This document shows positions 58,429-64,000 of a DNA stretch of 64,000 bases, one piece after another. Numbering within the stretch: the first letter of the stretch is position 1; each line of letters begins with the position of its first letter. The translations under genes were made by a program, and so were the position numbers. The stretch is from Eledone cirrhosa. Its lineage: Eukaryota. The stretch lies in the NCBI GenBank assembly GCA_964016885.1, contig CAXHJY010000739.1, forward strand, positions 69,780 through 133,779. Direction: 5' to 3'. The notes under the pieces were generated by a model. That model searched no databases, had not been told where the DNA came from, and was given only the letters and a program-made list of their open reading frames with translations.

Positions 58429-59308
58429 GTCGTTTCTGAATTTGTTTAGCAAGATTCTTTATCTGAAATCGTGTGTTGAAACCGATATTGTTATACTTTG
58501 GGAGGGTCATGTTGCCAATAAGAAACACACGCACCAGTTGCTTTCACTTCAATTTAATTTAATATATATTTATAAATTTACAAATTTATAAATTTCTGGT
58601 TGGTTGGTTGGTTCCACAACCAGATAGTTGTTTATATATATATATAGTCATAGTTCTTTCGTCACACACTCATAGAAATAAAAATAGAATCCACACACAA
58701 GAAAGACGCAATGTTTAGGCAAATTACAGAGGCAGTAAGCATAAAAGAATTAAAACCAAAATTAAATAGAAAATATGAGTGGAACAGCAACATCACAACT
58801 TACAATTAAGGACAAAATGAAAACACACACACACATAGAACAAACAACTTACAATTGAAAACACACACAAAATGAAAACACACACAAGACAAAATGAAAA
58901 CACACACACACATAGAACAAACAACCAACCAACAATAAATAAATAAATAAACAAACAAATATAAATAGAAAAATAGAAAAATGAACACAAACACACACAG
59001 ACACCCGGATGTGGCGCATGCGCAAACTGAGCACGCAACCCACACACAAACAAAATGGCGTAGGATAGAAGAAAGGAAAGGCACAGAAACGAAGAAAGAA
59101 ATCCCCAGTCACTGAAGAGGTCACAGAGTGTGTGACGAAAGAACTATGACTATATATATATATAAACAACTATCTGGTTGTGGAACCAACCAACCAGAAA
59201 TTTATAAATTTGTAAATTTATAAATATATATTAAATTAAATTGAAGTGAAAGCAACTGGTGCGTGTGTTTCTTATTGGCAACATGACCCTCCCAAAGTAT
59301 AACAATAT
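58429..59308 (+). mobile_element. Penelope-like pseudo-LTR remnant with an inverted partial copy at its 5' side
   Basis: 58485-58671 is an almost perfect inverted copy of 59126-59308. It contains a minimal hammerhead followed by a putative ORF start ([20 protein letters not shown] in the longer left arm). Flanked by (TA)n. Confidence 0.75.
59107..59151 (+). ncRNA. Minimal type I hammerhead ribozyme (Penelope-type)
   Basis: AGUCA-CUGAAGA-g-GUCAC-agagugu-GUGAC-GAAA-G-aa-CUA^UGACU: stem I AGUCA/UGACU, 5-6 bp stem II, 2-bp stem III, predicted cut after 59146. Confidence 0.8.
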
Positions 59309-62136
<2,828 letters not shown>

Positions 62137-64000
62137 AAAAACTTTGAAATGTTTTGGCCAGTATTGGCCCAGGCCATGTCTAACTTAATAGCACCACCTG
62201 GCGAAGTCTTTCAATTCAGGATTTGGGCACCATGGCCCATTCGAGAAGAGAATTACTGTTTGCGGAGACATATCCGGGTGTGGGTGGTTTGTCCGGGATT
62301 ACTTGGAGGAATTTGTCCAAAGACTTCTTGAATCTTGTGTGGTCAGTTTCTGTTTTGACGTGTCCTGGTGTGATGTTGAAGAGAGCAGGGCCGATTGAGG
62401 TGAAATAATTGTGCCGTATTGTTGTTATGAGTTGCGATTTAGATTTTTGAATGGGACGGATAGCACGGGGCCCAAGCCTTGGGTGTATCTTGAAGGCGAT
62501 GCCAACATCATTTGGGCAGTGATGATGGAACATTTTCCACATCATGCAGATAATATAACGCTCACGGCGACGTTGGAGTGAGTAAAGTTTCAGGTTTTCC
62601 AATCGACCCCAGTAGTCAAGGTCTGACATGCCATCTATCTTTTTCGTGATTGCCCTTTGAGGAGCTTCAAGTTTCATGATACTTTGTTTCGTGTGGGGAG
62701 ACCACAGTGGACAACAGTATTCAAGGTGTGGTCGGGCGAAAGTAGAGAAGAGAAGGATAATGGTGCGGGAATCTCTCGACTGGAAGGTTCTGAGGATCCA
62801 GGAACACATTCTGCGGGCCATGTCAACTTTGCTGCTTATATGCGTGGTCCAGCTTATGTTGCTGTCCACGGTTACTCCCAAGTCTCTGATGTTGTTAGAT
62901 GCCACGAGAGTTTCCCCGGAGGGAGGGAGTACGGGAGTTTCAGAGCATCCTCTTTTCCAAAGTGGATCAGTTCGAATTTGTCTTCGTTCAGTAACATGTT
63001 GTTCTTTTCTGCCCATTGGGTAACAGCCAGTAGGTCTGACTGAAGGCTTATCCGGTCATCCACGCCATTGATGACCTTTTGGAGCTTGGAATCATCAGCG
63101 AAAATTTTAATGTTGCTGTGTTTGATGATGTCAGTGATGTCATTAATATAGATGATGAAGAGAAGTGGGCCCAACACAGTGCCTTGTGGGACTCCACTAC
63201 TGACTTTGGCTGGGCTTGATTTGACTCCCTCAACTACAACATGTTGGGTTCTGTTTGACAGGAAGCTCTTGATCCACTGCAGCAGCTTTCCAGTGACACC
63301 AATATTGGACAGCTTTCTCAGTAGAATGTTATGATCAACCTGTCAAAGGCCTTGCTGAAATCAAGGTAGATAACATCAGTGTTGGAACCCTCTCCCAAGG
63401 CTCTCAAAATGTCATCAAAGTGATGCAGTAGTTGCGTCAGGCAATCCCTTCCATTACGGAATCCATGCTGGTTGGAGTTCAGCATATTGTTACTCTCAAG
63501 GAAGTGGGTCATTCGCGATCTCACCACTCGCTCAAATACCTTAATGATATGAGAGGTGAGTGAGATTGGACGGTAATTCACGGCAAGGGATTTGTTTCCC
63601 TTTTTGAAAACTGGACAACAGACTGGGATAGAAGGTTTTCTGGCACATATCCAGCATCCAGTGAGTTCCGCCACAGATTGGCAAGAGGAGAAGCAAGTTG
63701 GTGTTGACACGCCTTCAAGACACAAGCAGGGAACCTATCGGGACCTACTGCTGAATTATGTTTGATTTCCTTTATTGCCGCCAAGACATCAGGGGCGCCA
63801 AACGTTATGTCCGATAAGGTGTAATGGGGAGTAACATCGCCGATACAGCCCAGATCGGCCATATCAGGATTGCTGAAAACAGAGCAGTATTGTTTCTGCA
63901 GTATCTCACCCATGGTTTTAGCATTGTCTTGAAGAGTGCCATTTTCATCAATTAGAGGGCCAACAGTAGAGCCAGTGATTTTGTGTTTTTTTTGCAAATG
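62137..64000 (-). mobile_element. Second CR1-clade LINE (different family), 3' part, frameshifted, runs off the right edge
   Basis: AVGPDRFP, NYRPISLTSH, QHGFRNGRDCL, YLDFSKAFD, LGPLLF, FADDSK, RPHLEYCCPLWSP and LYSLQRRRERY across several frames. The 3' end abuts (TA)n. Confidence 0.93.

Overview
AT-rich, repeat-dense eukaryotic DNA, most likely from an octopus or related cephalopod. That is an inference from the SINE types, the giant TA microsatellites and the tandem C2H2 gene. The only host gene recognised is a minus-strand 763-aa zinc-finger ORF (22375-24666) with probable upstream non-coding exons. The rest is mobile-element debris: a 5'-complete but decayed L1/Tx1 LINE, an R4/Dong-like 3' end, a Penelope GIY-YIG fragment, a maT/mariner transposase relic, an RTE-like relic, a non-autonomous Helitron, a hAT MITE, many tRNA-derived SINEs and two CR1 LINEs. 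The standout is a ~6.9-kb array of near-identical 424-bp units (48392-55302) inside a huge (TA)n tract. Every unit carries a complete type I hammerhead ribozyme motif with a palindromic minimal stem III, so it looks like a non-LTR retrozyme (ribozyme-bearing circRNA retroelement) array: 4 motifs on the minus strand and 12 on the plus strand, joined at one inversion point. A Penelope-type pseudo-LTR remnant 3 kb away has its own minimal hammerhead, the same inverted architecture and the same TA target, which suggests a candidate mobilising partner. The long Y/I/M/C-rich ORFs are microsatellite artefacts.
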